Assembly (NCBI RefSeq): GCF_044704955.1
Contig: NC_091999.1
Span: forward strand, 50,220,001 to 50,284,000
Reading direction: 5' to 3'
From: Pristiophorus japonicus
Lineage: Eukaryota
DNA: 64,000 bases
Shown here: piece by piece, positions 12,776 through 25,739 of the stretch
Position numbering within the stretch: the first letter of the stretch is position 1
Layout of the letters: the number at the start of each line of letters is the position of its first letter
Notes under the pieces: model-generated
Seen by the model: the letters and a program-made list of their open reading frames with translations, nothing else
The model's database searches: none
What the model was told of the DNA's origin: nothing
Made by a program: the position numbers and the translations under genes

Positions 12776-15770
12776 GAATGTGCCTGTTGGACATGGCCAG
12801 AAAAAGCAGCAAACCTGAGGACTGGGAGAAATTTAAATTTCAGCAGAGGAGGACGAAGGGTCAATTTCGGACCGTGGAATATTGATTATGAGAGGAAGCT
12901 TTCTGGGAACATAAAAACTGACTGCAAAAGCTTCTATAGATATGAAAAGAGGAAAAGATTAGTGAAGACAAACGTAGGCCTCTTTCAATCAGAATCAAGT
13001 GAATTTATAATGGGAAACAAAGAAATGGCAGACAAATTGAACAAATACTTTTGTTCTGTCTTCACTGAGGAAGACACAAATAAGGTTTCAGAAATATTAG
13101 TTCCTCCTTCTCGATGGTCTATCGAGAAGGAGGAACTGAAGGAAATTCTTATTGGACAGGAAATTGTGTAAGGGAAATTGACAGGATTGAAGGCCGATAA
13201 ATTCCCAGGGCCTGATAGTCTGCATCCCACGAGTACTTACGGAAGTGACCCTAGAAATAATGGCTGCGTCGATGATAATTTTCCAACAGTCTATCGACTC
13301 TGGATTAGTTCCTATGGACTGGAGGGTAGTTAATGTAACACCACTGTTTAAAAAAGGAGGGAGAGAGAAAAGGGGAAATTATAGACCAATTAGCCTGACA
13401 TAAGTACTGGGGGAAATGTTGGAATCAATTGTTAAAGATGAATTAGCGGCATTTGGAAATCAGTGAAAGGAGCGCTCCAAGTCTGCATGCATTTAGGAAA
13501 GGGAAATCATGCTTGAAGAATCTTTTAGAATTTTTGAGGACTCAACTAGTGGAGTGGACAAGGGAGAACCAGTGGATGTGATGTATTTGGACTTTCAAAA
13601 GGCTTGTGACAAGGTACCACACAAGAGATTGGTGTGCAAAGTAAAGCACATGGTATTGGGGGCAATGTATTGACGTGGATAGAGAAATGGTTAGCAGACA
13701 GGAAGCAGAGAGTCGGGTTAAACGTGTCCTTTTCAGAATTGCAGGCAGTGACTAGTGGGGTGCCACAGGGGTCAGTGCTGGGATCCCAGATATTTACAAT
13801 ATACATCAATGATTTAGATGCAGGAATTGAGAGTAATATCTACAAGCTTGCAGATGACACTTAGCTGGGTGGTGGTGTGACCTGTGAGGAGGATGCTAAG
13901 AGACTGCAGGATGACTCGGACAGGTTAGGTGAGTAAGCAAATGCATCACAGATGCAGTATAATGTGGAAAAATATGTGGTTATCCAATTTGGTGGCAAAA
14001 ACGTGAAGCCAGAATATTATCTGAATGGTGGCAGATTATGTAAAGGAGAGGTGCAACAAGACCTGCGTGTCATGGTACATAAGTCATTGAAGCTTGAAAT
14101 GCAGGTGCAGCAAGTGGTGAAGAAGGCAAATGACATTTGGGCGTTCACAGCTAGGGGTTTTGAGTATAGGAGCAGGGAAGTCTTCCTGCAGCTCTACAGG
14201 GCCTTGGTGAGGCCTCTCTTGGAATATTGTGTTCAATTTTGGTCTCCTAATCTGAGGAAGGAAGTTCTTGCTATTGAGGGAGTGCAGCGCAGGTTCACCA
14301 GACTGATGCCCGGGATGGTAGGACTGACATCTGAGGAGAGACTGGATCGACTGGGCGTCTGTTCGCTGGAGTTTAGAAGAATGAGAGGGGATCTCCTACA
14401 AACATACAAAATTCTGACGGGTCTGGACAGGTTAAATGCCGGAAGAATGTGCACGATGTTGGGGGAGTTCAGAACTAGAGGTCAGAGTCTAAGGTTGAGG
14501 GGTAAGCCATTTAGGACCGAGATGAGGAGAAACTACTTCACTCAGAGAGTTGCTCTCCTGTGGAATTCTTTTCCGCAGAGAGTTGTTGATGCCAGTTCGT
14601 TAGATATATTCAGGTGGGAGTTGAATATGGACCTTATGGCTAAAGGGAGCAAGGGGTATGGAGAGAAGGCAGGAAATGGGTATTGAGGTGAACATAGAAA
14701 CATAGAAACATAGAAAATAGGTGCAGGAGCAGGCCATTCAGGCCTTCTAGCCTGCACCGCCATTCAATGAGTTCATGGCTGAACATGAAACTTCAGTACC
14801 CCCTTCCTGCTTTCTCGCCATAACCCTTGATCCCCCGAGTAGTAAGGACTTCATTTAATTCCGTTTTGAATATATTTAGTGAATTGGCCTCAACTATTTT
14901 CTGTGGTAGAGAATTCCACAGGTTCACCACTCTCTGGGTGAAGAAGTTTCTCCTCATCTCGGTCCTAAATGGCTTACCCCTTATACTCAGACTGTGACCC
15001 CTGGTTCTGGACTTCCCCAACATTGGGAACATTCTTCCTGCATCTAACCTGTCTAAACCCGTCAGAATTTTAAACGTTTCTATGAGGTCCCCTCTCATTC
15101 TTTTGAACTCCAGTGAATACAAGCCCAGTTGATCCAGTCTTTCTTGATAGGTCAGTCCCGCCATCCCGGGAATCAGTCTGGTGAATCTTCGCTGCACTCC
15201 CTCAATAGCACGAATGTCATTCCTAAAGTTAGGAGACCAAAACTGTACACAATACTCCAGGTGCGGCCTCACCGAGGCCCTGTACAACTGTAACAACACC
15301 TCCCTGCCCCTGTATTCAAATCCCCTCGCTATGAAGGCCAGCATGCCATTTGCTTTCTTAACCGCCTGCTGTACCTGCATGTTAACCTTCAATGACTGAT
15401 GTACCATGACACCCAGGTCTCGTTGCACCTTCCATTTTCCTAATCTGTCACCATTCAGATAATAGTCTGTCTCTTTGTTTTTACCACCAAAGTGGATAAC
15501 CTCACATTTATCCACATTATACTTCATCTGCCATGCATTTGCCCACTCACCTAACCTATCCAAGTCACTCTGCAGCCTAATAGCATCCTCCTCGCAGCTC
15601 ACACTGCCACCCAACTTTGTGTCATCCGCAAATTGGGAGATACTGCATTTAATCCCCTCGTCTAAATCATTAATGTTCAGCCATGATCTTATTTAATGGT
15701 GGTGCAGGCTCGAAGGTCCGAATGGCCTACTCCTGCAGCTATTTTCTATGTTTCTATGCTTCGATGTTCC
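12776..15770 (+). mobile_element. CR1 LINE ORF2 3' two-thirds; 3' UTR interrupted by an antisense CR1 (14692-15676)
   Basis: ORFs 12962, 13634 and 13952 (RT GVPQGSVLG, LADDT; C-terminal YCVQFWSP); 3' UTR resumes at ~15677 TCAGCCATGATC and ends in (TTTCTATG)n. Confidence 0.92.
14692..15676 (-). mobile_element. Young 5'-truncated CR1 nested in another CR1
   Basis: Uninterrupted 273-aa ORF 14793-15614; (CATAGAAA)3 tail; very similar to the 3' end of 33295-36424. Confidence 0.95.
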
Positions 15771-15989
15771 TACTGACCTGCTCTATCAGTTCCTCTCTAC
15801 CTGGTTTTCAGAGATCACATTGTAGGTGAGCACCTTAATCGTGGAGCAGTTTGCGGACTTCTGCATAGTATACTGACACAGTGCCCCGCCCCCCGCCCCC
15901 CACCCCTGCACCACTTCCAGCACGTGACTCTCCTGCGCTTTCCGATTCTCTATCCAACAGCTCACACTTTTGTCGTTGGTTATTTTCTA

Positions 15990-16650
15990 CTGACCACGTA
16001 TTTTCTGGCCTCGTGTCTCGACTTCGCTGCTAGCCACCTGTGACGGTATTTTCTGCATCTTCCCTGGGTCCCGATCACCTTGTTGGTCCGTGCTGTACCT
16101 TTCCTGGTCACAACCTACCTGTTGGACCGTGCTGTACCTTCCCTGGGTCCCGATCACCCTGTTGTTCTGTACCTTACTTTCCTCGAGTACCGATATTGCT
16201 GTTGGCCTCAGCCTCCGACCTCACTTCTGATTTGTGATGAACCTTCCCTGGATGCCAACTTTATTGCCTGTCTTGGCTTCCCGACCTCGCTTCTGCGCTG
16301 TGCCTCACGACCCTGCAGCTGGTCCGTGCTGTTTCTTCCCAGGGTCCCGACCTTACTGCTGGCCTTGGCTTCCCAACCTCGCTCCTGCACTCGGTCTCCG
16401 GACCTAGCTGCTGGTCTGTGCTGTACCTTCCCTGGGTTCCGTACTCGCTGCTGACCCCTGCTAAACCGTTCATGGGTCCTCCGATCCTCGCCGGCCATCG
16501 ATTCCCACCGGTCCTCCGATTCTCCATTCCCGCCGTCACCCAGCAACTGGTGCCACGTATTTTTACCGGGGTTTTACCCGTTTTCTTGCCAATCGCTGCC
16601 CGACTTGGATGGATTGGAGACACCCGGTGTTTGCGCCACACACACCTTGA
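15990..16650. repeat. GC/pyrimidine-rich imperfect tandem repeat, copy 1
   Basis: Recurrent GTGCTGTACCTTCCCTGGGTCCCGACCTC units; paralogous to 20590-21320. Confidence 0.75.
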
Positions 16651-18562
16651 CACCCATGCAGCAGAGCCTCGTCTCCAATCATCTTGCATCCCCTTGCCAT
16701 TGGACCAAGACTTAGTCTGTCAGGTTCGGTGGTAGCTCGTGTGCAAGGGACACACCTCAGTAATATAATTCATGCAGGGGTATCTTCTAACCTTTAAAAT
16801 GAAGTTCAGGACCTGAAAACTTTAGGACCCTCATGGACAATCCCAACATTAACAGACAAGAACGTCATACTGCTGCCATTGCCCGGGAACTGAGATGCTT
16901 CGACATCGACAACACTGCCCTGAGTGATACAATGTGGGCAGGACAAGGTCAGCTCAAGGAACTAGGTGGTTGATACACATTCTCAAACGGCACACCAGAA
17001 GAATAACACCGTCTCAATGGGGCATACGCACCAACCATGGAAACTACGGACACGGACAAAGCGGAATTCTACTCAAGCCTGAAACAATCCCTGTCCCGAC
17101 TCCCAATAGGCAACACGCTGATTATTCTTGATGACTTTAACGGCAGAGTTGCAAAGGACACAGACCTCACGAGAGGGGTGATTGCCAGGGAAGGAGTAGG
17201 GAAAACCAACTCCAATGGAATCCTCCTCCTGAGGAATTGCTCATAACATGGCCTTGTCATATCCAACACCTTGATTCGTCAGAATGACTACTACAAGGCC
17301 ACATCGCAACACCCTCGTTCCAGGCACTGGCATCCGATTGAGGGACCACAAGGATGTCCGCATCACTCATGACATGACAGGAGCTGCTGACTGTTGCATT
17401 GACCACCGCCTAATCCGTTCTATTATCTCCATCAATATAGCCTCAAAACAGCAGGGGCAACATAAATCCTGCCGTAAAAAATCAACATTGAAGGTCTCAA
17501 AGACCCTGCAAAGAAAGTCCTAATCAGCCAACTGCTCACAGCCTACCTAACGACTTCCAATCAACCAAAGCCGCAGAGTGTCCATAGTGCCTGTTCTGCC
17601 CTAAATCCACTAAAATTAGCATCTGCGAATAAACACTTGGCTACAATACCAGAAAATATCAAAACTGGTTCGATGCGAATGACCAAGAGATCCAGGAGCT
17701 AATAAACCGCAAACGCAAATCATTTCTGAATTGGAAACAACACCACAACTCGAGTGAAAGCAAGCAGTTCTAGAGACAACTAAAGGCTGATGTACAACAA
17801 AAAACTCGTGACATAAGAACAGATGATGGGTGGAAAACGCGCAGGAGATCCAGCAATTAGCTGACAATCATGACGTGCGTGGATTTCTTTTAGCACAATC
17901 AAGATCACCTACGGGCCAAGCACACTGTCCGATTCTGCAGAGAACCGAGAATGGAGGAGTGCTCTTCATGGACAGAGAGGCAGTCATTAGCCACATGAAG
18001 GAGCACTTTGTGGATCTCCTCAACGAAGCCTCTGTCTTTGATGTGAGTGTCCTTGAACCCATCCCACAACATATAACCCGTCACCACATCGGTAAAATCC
18101 TGACCCAGCACGAGAGTGAAAAGGCTATCTGACAACTAAAGAACAACAAGGCCTCAGGAATCCCCGCCGAAGCACTAACATATGGTGGAGTAATACACTT
18201 GGCGCGAATTCATGTCCTCATATCCCTTAACTGGACGGAGGAGAGCATACCAGGGCCTCTCAAAGATGCCGTAATCGTGCCCATCTTCAAGAAAGGTGAC
18301 AAGTTCAATTGCAGTAATTACAGAAATCCGCAGGGAATATTATCGCACAAGTCATCCTCAATTATCTCCTCCCAATGACTGAAGAGCTCCTCCCACAGTC
18401 GAAATGCGGATTCCACAAACTAAGGGGCACAATGGGCATGATATTCACCGTGTGACAATTCCACGAAAAATGTATAGAGCTACTTCAATCTCTGTACATC
18501 GCTTACTTTGCTCTCACAAAGGTCTCCGAATCCGTCAACCATGAGGGATTATGGAGTGTCAT
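16650..18562 (+). mobile_element. RTE-clade LINE, 5' part (endonuclease and start of RT), 3'-truncated
   Basis: ALSDT...GQGQL, FYSSL...ILDDFNGRV, DHRLIRS, GIPAEAL, LPQSKCGF motifs typical of RTE/BovB-like ORF; frameshifted. Confidence 0.8.
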
Positions 18563-19058
18563 TGTTGAAAAAAAATATGTAGTGGGAACCTAATTGGTTA
18601 ATAAGGGGACCTTTTGTAAGCTGAACATGTTAAAAGTGCAGGCTTAGCAGTTTAGAACAAAGGGCAGAAATTTCAACTTGAGACTTCAGATATGGTGGTT
18701 TAGAACCACCGAACGTGAGATGTATTGTCTTGATACTGAAACATTTGAGATAACGGAAAGCATCTTCCAAAGTATACGTGCGAGACTCTGATCGCTTTGG
18801 AAGAGACATGGGTGTATACATTAACCAGTCACATGGGCAGAGCCAACGGTTGAACAGCTGCTAGTCACAGACATATATGGATGTTTTTTATCATTGTAAA
18901 TTGTCAAGCTTACGCTTCCGCACAATCATTTATAAAACCTGATGCAATTGTTTATCGGAGAGAGCCTTTGCTAATATTCTCTCCCCTGCATGCTTGTAAT
19001 AACGTTTCTCACATCATAGCCTGCCCACGACCCAGGGTAGTTTCTTTCCACATCAACA
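18563..19058 (+). mobile_element. Probable solo LTR (496 bp)
   Basis: Inverted termini TGTTGA...TCAACA; TATAAAA at ~18932; no target-site duplication. Confidence 0.5.
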
Positions 19059-19437
19059 ACTGAGGAGTACTGTGAGGTAAGATGAGGTGGAGCAATTGGA
19101 ATGATCAAAAAAAAAAATCAGAAGCCACTATCAACCAGGACCCAGAGATTGTTTTTCACTCTTGAAGCATGCTGCCAGTGCGTCTGCCATATAATACCGG
19201 AAATTGGGTTTTTGAAGTCCTTTTAATTGGACTCTGGATTTGTGGGACATGAATACACCAGAATTGTAAATTAGGCTATATTTTACTGTCTGATACAAGC
19301 ATTATTTTGCTTTCGATGATTACTAGTCGAAATCACCTAGCATTTTATATAGTGACCAAGAAACAAGTGTAGTTATCAGTTTAAATGGAGTTGGAAAGCT
19401 GAGGGAGAATTAAGATCAGAGATATGCAGAAATAATT

Positions 19438-20390
19438 CATCAATGATATAGATACAGGAATTGAGAGTAATATCTCCAAGTTTGCAGATGACACTAAGCT
19501 GGGTGGCAGTTTGAGCTGTGAGGAGGATGCTAAGAGGCTGCAGGGTTAATTAGACAGGTCAGTTGAGTGGGCAACTGCATTAAAGATGCAGTATAATGTG
19601 GATAAATGTGCGGTTATCCAATTTGGTGGCAAAAACATGAAGGCAGATTATTATCTGAATGTTGGCAGATTAGTTAAAGGGGATGTGCAACGAGACCTGG
19701 GTGTCATGGTACATCAGTCATTGAAGGTTGAAATGCAGGTGCAGCAAGCGGTGAAGAAGGCAAATGGCATGTTGGCGTTCCTGGCTAGGGGATTTGAGTA
19801 TGGGAGCAGGGAGGTCTTGCGGCAGCTCGACAGGGCCTTGGTGAGGCCTCACCTGGAATATTGTGTTCACTTTTGGTCTCCTAATCTGAGGAAGGACGTT
19901 CTTGCTATTGAGGGAGTGCAGCGAAGGTTCACCAGACTGATGCCCGGGATGGCAGGACTGACATATGAGGAGAGACTGGATCGAATGGGCGTCTATTCGC
20001 TGGAGTCTAGAAGAATGATAGGGGATCTCATAGAAACATATACATTTCTGACAGGACTGGACAGGTTAGATGCAAGCAGAATGTTCACGATGTTGGGGGA
20101 GTCCAGAACCAGGGGTCACAGTCTAATGATAAAGTGTAAGCCATTTAGGACCAAGATGAGGAGGAACTTCTTCACTCAGAGAGTTGTTAACCTGTGGAAT
20201 TCTTTTCTGCAGAGAGTTGTTGAGGTCAGTTCGTTAGATATATTCAAGCGGGAGTTGATTATGGACCTTACGACTAAAGGGATCAAGAGGTATGGAGAGA
20301 AGGCAGGATCTTATTGAATGGTGGTGTAGGCTCGAAGGGCCAATGGCCTATTCCTGCACCTATTTTCTATGTTTCTATATTTCTATGTTC
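19438..20390 (+). mobile_element. CR1 3' part (duplicated copy of 13803-15770)
   Basis: 243-aa ORF 19586-20317 and the same 3' flank (CCTACTGACCTGCTC) as the copy ending at 15770. Confidence 0.92.
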
Positions 20391-20589
20391 CTACTGACCT
20401 GCTCCCTCAGGTCCTCAGTGTAGGTGAGCACTTTAATCTTGGAGCGGTTTGCAGAATTGTGCATAGAATATTAACAATGTGCTTCCCCCACCCCCCGCGC
20501 CAGCCCCGCACCAGCACCAGCACGCGGCTCTCCTGCGCTTTCCTATTCTCTCTCCAACCGCACACACTTTTGTCGTTGGTTGTTTTCTA

Positions 20590-21320
20590 GTGACAACATT
20601 TAATCTGGCCTCGTGTCTCGACCTCGCTGCTCGCCTCGGGTCCCGGCCATGCTGCTAGCCTCCTGTGCCAAACTCCCTGATGGTCTTTTCTGTATCTTCC
20701 TTGCGTCCTGACCTCCTTGTTGGACCGTGCTGTACCTTCCTTGGATCCAGCCCACCCTGTTGTTCTGTGCTGCTCTGTACTTCCTCGTGTCCTGACCTCG
20801 CTGTGGGTCTCAGCCTCCCACCTCACTGTTGGTTCGTGCAGTACCTTCCCTGGGTCCCGAGCTTACTGCCGGCCTTGGTTTACCGACCTCGCTGCTGCGC
20901 TCTGCCTCCCGGCCCTGCTGCGGGTCCATGCTGTACCTTCCCTGGGTCCCGAGCTTACTGCTGGCCTTGGCTTCCCGACCTCGCTGCAGCATTTGGACTC
21001 CGGATCCTGCTGCTGGTCTGTGTTCTACCTTCCCTGGATTCTGTCCTTGCTGATGACCCGTTCTGAACCGTTCCTGGGTCCCGACCTCACTGGTTGTCCG
21101 TGCTGACTCTTTCCTGGGTCCTCGCGACCCGCCGATTACTGCCAGTCCTCCGATCCTCGCCGGCAATCGTTTCCCACCAGTCTTCCAATTCTGTGGGCCC
21201 GCTGTCACCCGGCAACTGGTGCCGCATTTTCTTTACCGGGATTTTACCGGTTTTCTTGCCAATCGCTGCCCGACTTGGACGGACTGGAGACGCCGGGTGT
21301 TTGCGCCACATACATCTTCA
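20590..21320. repeat. GC/pyrimidine-rich imperfect tandem repeat, copy 2
   Basis: Same units and same unique ending (TTTTCTTGCCAATCGCTGCCCGACTTGGA) as 15990-16650. Confidence 0.75.
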
Positions 21321-21935
21321 CCGACTGCCAGTGCGTCCGCCTGCATAATGCCAGAAATGGGGTTTTTGAGGTCCTTTTAATTGGACTCTTGATGTGTGGG
21401 ACATGAATGCACCAGAATTGTAAATTAGAATATATTTTAATGCCTGATACAAGCATTATTGTTGCTTTAGATGATTACAAGTGGAACTCACCTGGCATTT
21501 TATATAGGGCGCAAAAAACAAGTGTAGTGCTCAGTTTAAATGGGGTTGGAAAGCTGCGGGAGAATTAGACCAGAAATAATTGCAGAAATAAGTCTTCTCC
21601 ATTTTAAAGTTATACATGCTGCATTCGTTTCATTATATTATGTTTTGGTTTCATGTTATTACCTTTAGGTAAATAACAAGAGTTAGTGTATTTTGGGAAG
21701 GAGAGAAGTAGATTTGTATCGAAAATCGGGCATTGCTTGCTGTCGAGGCGGGGAAGGCTGGAGATGCAAAACTGAGGCACTACAGCGCCACCGCTATCGG
21801 GAGAGTGTAATCAAAGCGTGGCACGTTTGCATAAGCAGTTTCCATTATAATTGTAGAGATAGGAATATAAAATGCGAGAAGTTCGCACAAAGATCGCAAA
21901 GATATAAGATTTCTACGATATTATAGATAGATATA

Positions 21936-22516
21936 TGGGTCCTGAATTTGAGGTCTGAGGCATACACCCGGAGTACGCCACCGACACGAAAATAAATTGG
22001 TGTCTCTGGAGCTTTGGAGTCTTCAGGTCTTGGGACTCAATGCATATATCTGCATAAAGGCCAATGGATCCCAGGGAAGCAGGCGGTTCGGAAGCATCCC
22101 TGGGATCACCTGGCTGGGCCAGCCCAACCAATTAAATAGAGGGATTCACCATTACCTTATGGGGCTTCCAATTACAAAATAAATTCCCATAAGCTTTTTG
22201 AGAAATCTCTCAATAAAACACAATTCTAATAAAAATAACGAATCCCCTGTTCAAAATGAATTAAAAGTCCCTTTTATTAAGCATTTAAAATGTTTCAGGG
22301 GCATTCGGTGGGGCGCAGTTGTGCCCTGCACAAGGAAGAGTGTTTTTGGGGTGATCGCAGATGATCAATCAAGATGAATCTTGACAGATCGGAACTTCCG
22401 GGTTTTACGTGCATGCGCAGCGCATATGGAAAGTCAGAAGTTGCGGACCCATTCTGAGGACTTACGACGGCGCACGCTGTGCAGACACCATCATCAGCCC
22501 GGCTAAATCCGGCCAA
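21936..22516. mobile_element. Probable non-autonomous DNA transposon (MITE-like, imperfect TIRs)
   Basis: Left end GGGTCCTGAATTTG, right end CTAAATCCGGCCAA (rc TTGGCCGGATTTAG); inserted in a GATA-type tract; superfamily not established. Confidence 0.4.
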
Positions 22517-23742
22517 TTATGAATATTCATCATTTTATTCCAATCGTAAATGGACAGACGGACATATCGATAGATAGACAGTTNNNNNNNNNNNNNNNNN
22601 NNNNNNNNNNNNNNNNNNNNNNNNNNNNNNNNNNNNNNNNNNNNNNNNNNNNNNNNNNNNNNNNNNNNNNNNNNNNNNNNNNNNNNNNNNNNNNNNNNNN
22701 NNNNNNNNNNNNNNNNNNNNNNNNNNNNNNNNNNNNNNNNNNNNNNNNTATATACAAACATATAGTGAGTGTTGTTGACATAAATTATGACATATAGAGC
22801 AATATATAGGTAGACATGCAGACAGACAGACAGTCAGATACAGAGAACGGTACAGTGATGCAGAGAGATCGATAATACTTTTCACAAATCATTTTAATAT
22901 TTTAAGAGACGAATGAGTAGCCTTGAGTACAGGTGGATAGATTGCCATGGTGAATGAGTGTTTGTTTGCTGTTTGTGTTAAGAAAATGGAAAAGGCTCTT
23001 TGTCAACATGATGGTATGGAAATCTCAACGTGCAGTGGCATCTGATCTATAGCAATGTGGCATTGGGTACCAGAGTCTGTAATACTATAATTGAGAAAGG
23101 GGGACATGACATGAGCTGGAGATCTCCCTCTGTACTGACTTCTGATCTACAGCAGTTTAGGACTGGTCCCGCGACCGTAATAATATAATGCGGAAGGGGT
23201 GGAGGGGTGGGGGAGGGGGGTTGCCTTGTGTACTGAAACCTGATAAAAAGTAGTGAGCGATTTGACTAAAATATGTAGACAAATCTTGGTGGTGGGAGTG
23301 GGTGGGGCAGAGAATTGAATATCAGTGAGTACAGTGAACTACTGGAGGTTGGGACGGGGTGCCAGAGTCTGTTATAATATAATGTCAGGAGATGGAAATC
23401 TTAATGAATACTGAACTACTGCGGGGCAGTTCAATTAGTACGAATCTTGCCCCATAGCCATTTACATCTTTATTTTTGAAGGATATATCAAGGTAATTAT
23501 GAAGGTTACTAATAAAATCTGCTTCCACCTCCCTCTCAGACAGTGCGTACCCTGTCACAATATCGCGCTGCACAAAAATGCCTCCTAATTTGCCATCTCT
23601 TTTAATACCGATTAACTTAAATCGATATTGCCTGGTTACGATCCTTCCTCCAGTGGAAATTGTTCAGTTTAATTTACTCTGTCGATATCTTGTCTAATAT
23701 TGAAGACCACTATCAAATCTCCACGTAATCCTCTCTGCTCAA

Positions 23743-24185
23743 GGCGTCAGCGTTTGCTCAGCAGTCGCACCCGCACCTCTGACATCAGAAGGTTGTGGGT
23801 TCAAGTACCGCTACAACGATTTAAGCACATAATGTAGTCTGGCACGCCAGTGCATTGCTGAGGGAGTGCTGCACTGTCGAACGTGCCGTCTTTCGAATGA
23901 GATGTTGGTCTGAGGTTTTCCCTGCTCTCTGATATGAATACAAAAGAACCCATGGCAGGGGAATTTTCCTGGTGCTCCGGCTAATATTTAGCCCTCACCC
24001 ACCATCATTAAAGTACAATATATGCTCATTTATCTCATTGCTGTTTGTGGGGTCTTGCAATGCATCGATTGGCTGCTGCGTGCCCTACAATGAACAGTGG
24101 CTTCACTTCAAAAGTACTTCATTGACTCTAAAGCGTTTTGAGACGTCCTGAGGTCATCAGCGCGCTAAATTAATTCGTTATTTAT
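23743..24185 (+). mobile_element. tRNA-headed Deu-domain SINE (SacSINE1-like)
   Basis: B-box GGTTCAAGT, Deu-like core GAGGGAGTGCTGCACTGTCG..GTGCCGTCTTTCG.ATGAGA, tail CTTCAAAAGTACTTCATTG..TAAAGCG. Confidence 0.8.
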
Positions 24186-24294
24186 TTCCTTTCCACACGC
24201 AAACAAGAAAAAATCTCCTTCCCTTCACCCTTCCCCCACTCCATCAGGGCCTACCCATTGGTTTGAGTAGAAACCTCTTTCCACACACTGCCAA

Positions 24295-25365
24295 GAGCCA
24301 GGGCTACTCTTCGCGGTCTCACGCTGTTAACTGGTGTCCCATAAGTATCTATCCCTGGCCCCCAGATATTTCTCATCAAAACGGCGCCCGTCGGGGCCGT
24401 CATTCAAAAACACAATATCGCGTTCCACATATATGCTAACGACACCCAGGTCGACCTCACCACTACCTCTCTCCACACCACCAGTTTCTCTAATTTGTCA
24501 GGCTGCTTTTGTGACATACGGTATTGGATGAGCAGAAATGTTCTCCAACAAAATATTGGGAGTACTGAATCCATTGTCTTTGCTCTCGCCACAAACTCCG
24601 TTCCATAGCCACCGACTCCATTCCTTTCGCTGGCGTCTGACTGAAGCTGAACCAGTCTATCTGCAATCTTGGTATCGTATTTGACTCCGAGATCAGCTTC
24701 CAACCACCTTTGCGCGCCATCACCAAGATTGCCTATTTTAACCTCAGTAACCTCGCTATACACCACTCCTACCTCACCTCATCTGCTGCGGAAATCCTCA
24801 TCCATGCCTTTCTTATCACTAGACTTCACTATTTCAACGCTCAGATGGATGGGCTCCCATCTTACACCCTCTATAAACTTTACCATATCGAAAGCTCGGC
24901 TGCCGGTGTCCTAACACACACTGACCCGCTCCTCCATCACTGACCTTCATTTGCTCTCGTTCCGGAAAAATCTCCATTTAAAACTCTCATTATTTTTTAA
25001 ATTCTTCCCTTTCTCGCTAAGCTCTGTAACCTTCTCCAATACAACAACCCATCGACATCTGTGCACACCTCTAAATCCCGCCCTTTTCCGCATCCTCTTT
25101 GTTAATCACTCAACATTGGTGGCCGTACATATAGCTGCGTAGTTCCTCAGCAAAATATTTCCTCCTTAAACTTCTCCACCTCTCGACCTCTCTCTCAGTC
25201 TTTAAGACGTTCCTTAAGACCTACATCTTTGACCAAGCTTTTGCTCATCCATCCTAATTTCTTCTTATGAGGCTCGGTGTCAGATTTTGTTTAATAACTC
25301 TCCTGTGTAGCACCTTGGGATGTTTTTCTTGGTTAACGGCGCTACATAGACACAAGTTCTTGTTG
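24295..25365 (+). mobile_element. L2-clade LINE 3' fragment
   Basis: GVP*VSI, YANDTQ (YADDTQ), LIHAFLITRLHY, FKTFLKTYIF motifs; L2-type tail GCACCTTGGGATG...GGCGCTA. Confidence 0.8.
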
Positions 25366-25739
25366 GTGATGACAGACGAGGAACGCATTGCTATAACCTT
25401 GGATTAGTAGATTATGGTGTTTTTTAAAAATTAAATGTTTCGGCTCTTTAACATATACATTCAGAGTTTATTGACTGCCAATTTTAGAATTACAACATTC
25501 ACAGATTCAAACAACATTTCGCAGCAAACATCAGGTAAAGAAACAGACAATGAGAATTAGTATCTATGTTGAGAACCTGGTCGCTTTTCTCCTTGATGAA
25601 GCAACTAATTAATAAATAGTTTACTTTGACCATATGCAAGTGTCCACATTTAGAATCTGGGATATGAACCAAAATTTTATAGCGGCACAAACTCAAGCCA
25701 TTCATTCAGATCGGAATTACTGATTGCAATTTTGCCCCT

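Noticed and set aside
16040-16735. Overlapping 100-140 aa ORFs here and at 20587-21348
   Set aside because: Stop-poor GC-rich tandem repeat; no protein motif and frames not conserved between the two copies
13952-20317. Long ORFs of 243-273 aa (13952, 14793, 19586) as host genes
   Set aside because: All are CR1 ORF2 C-terminal fragments
23743-23815. tRNA gene
   Set aside because: It is the degenerate tRNA-derived head of a SINE; no cloverleaf
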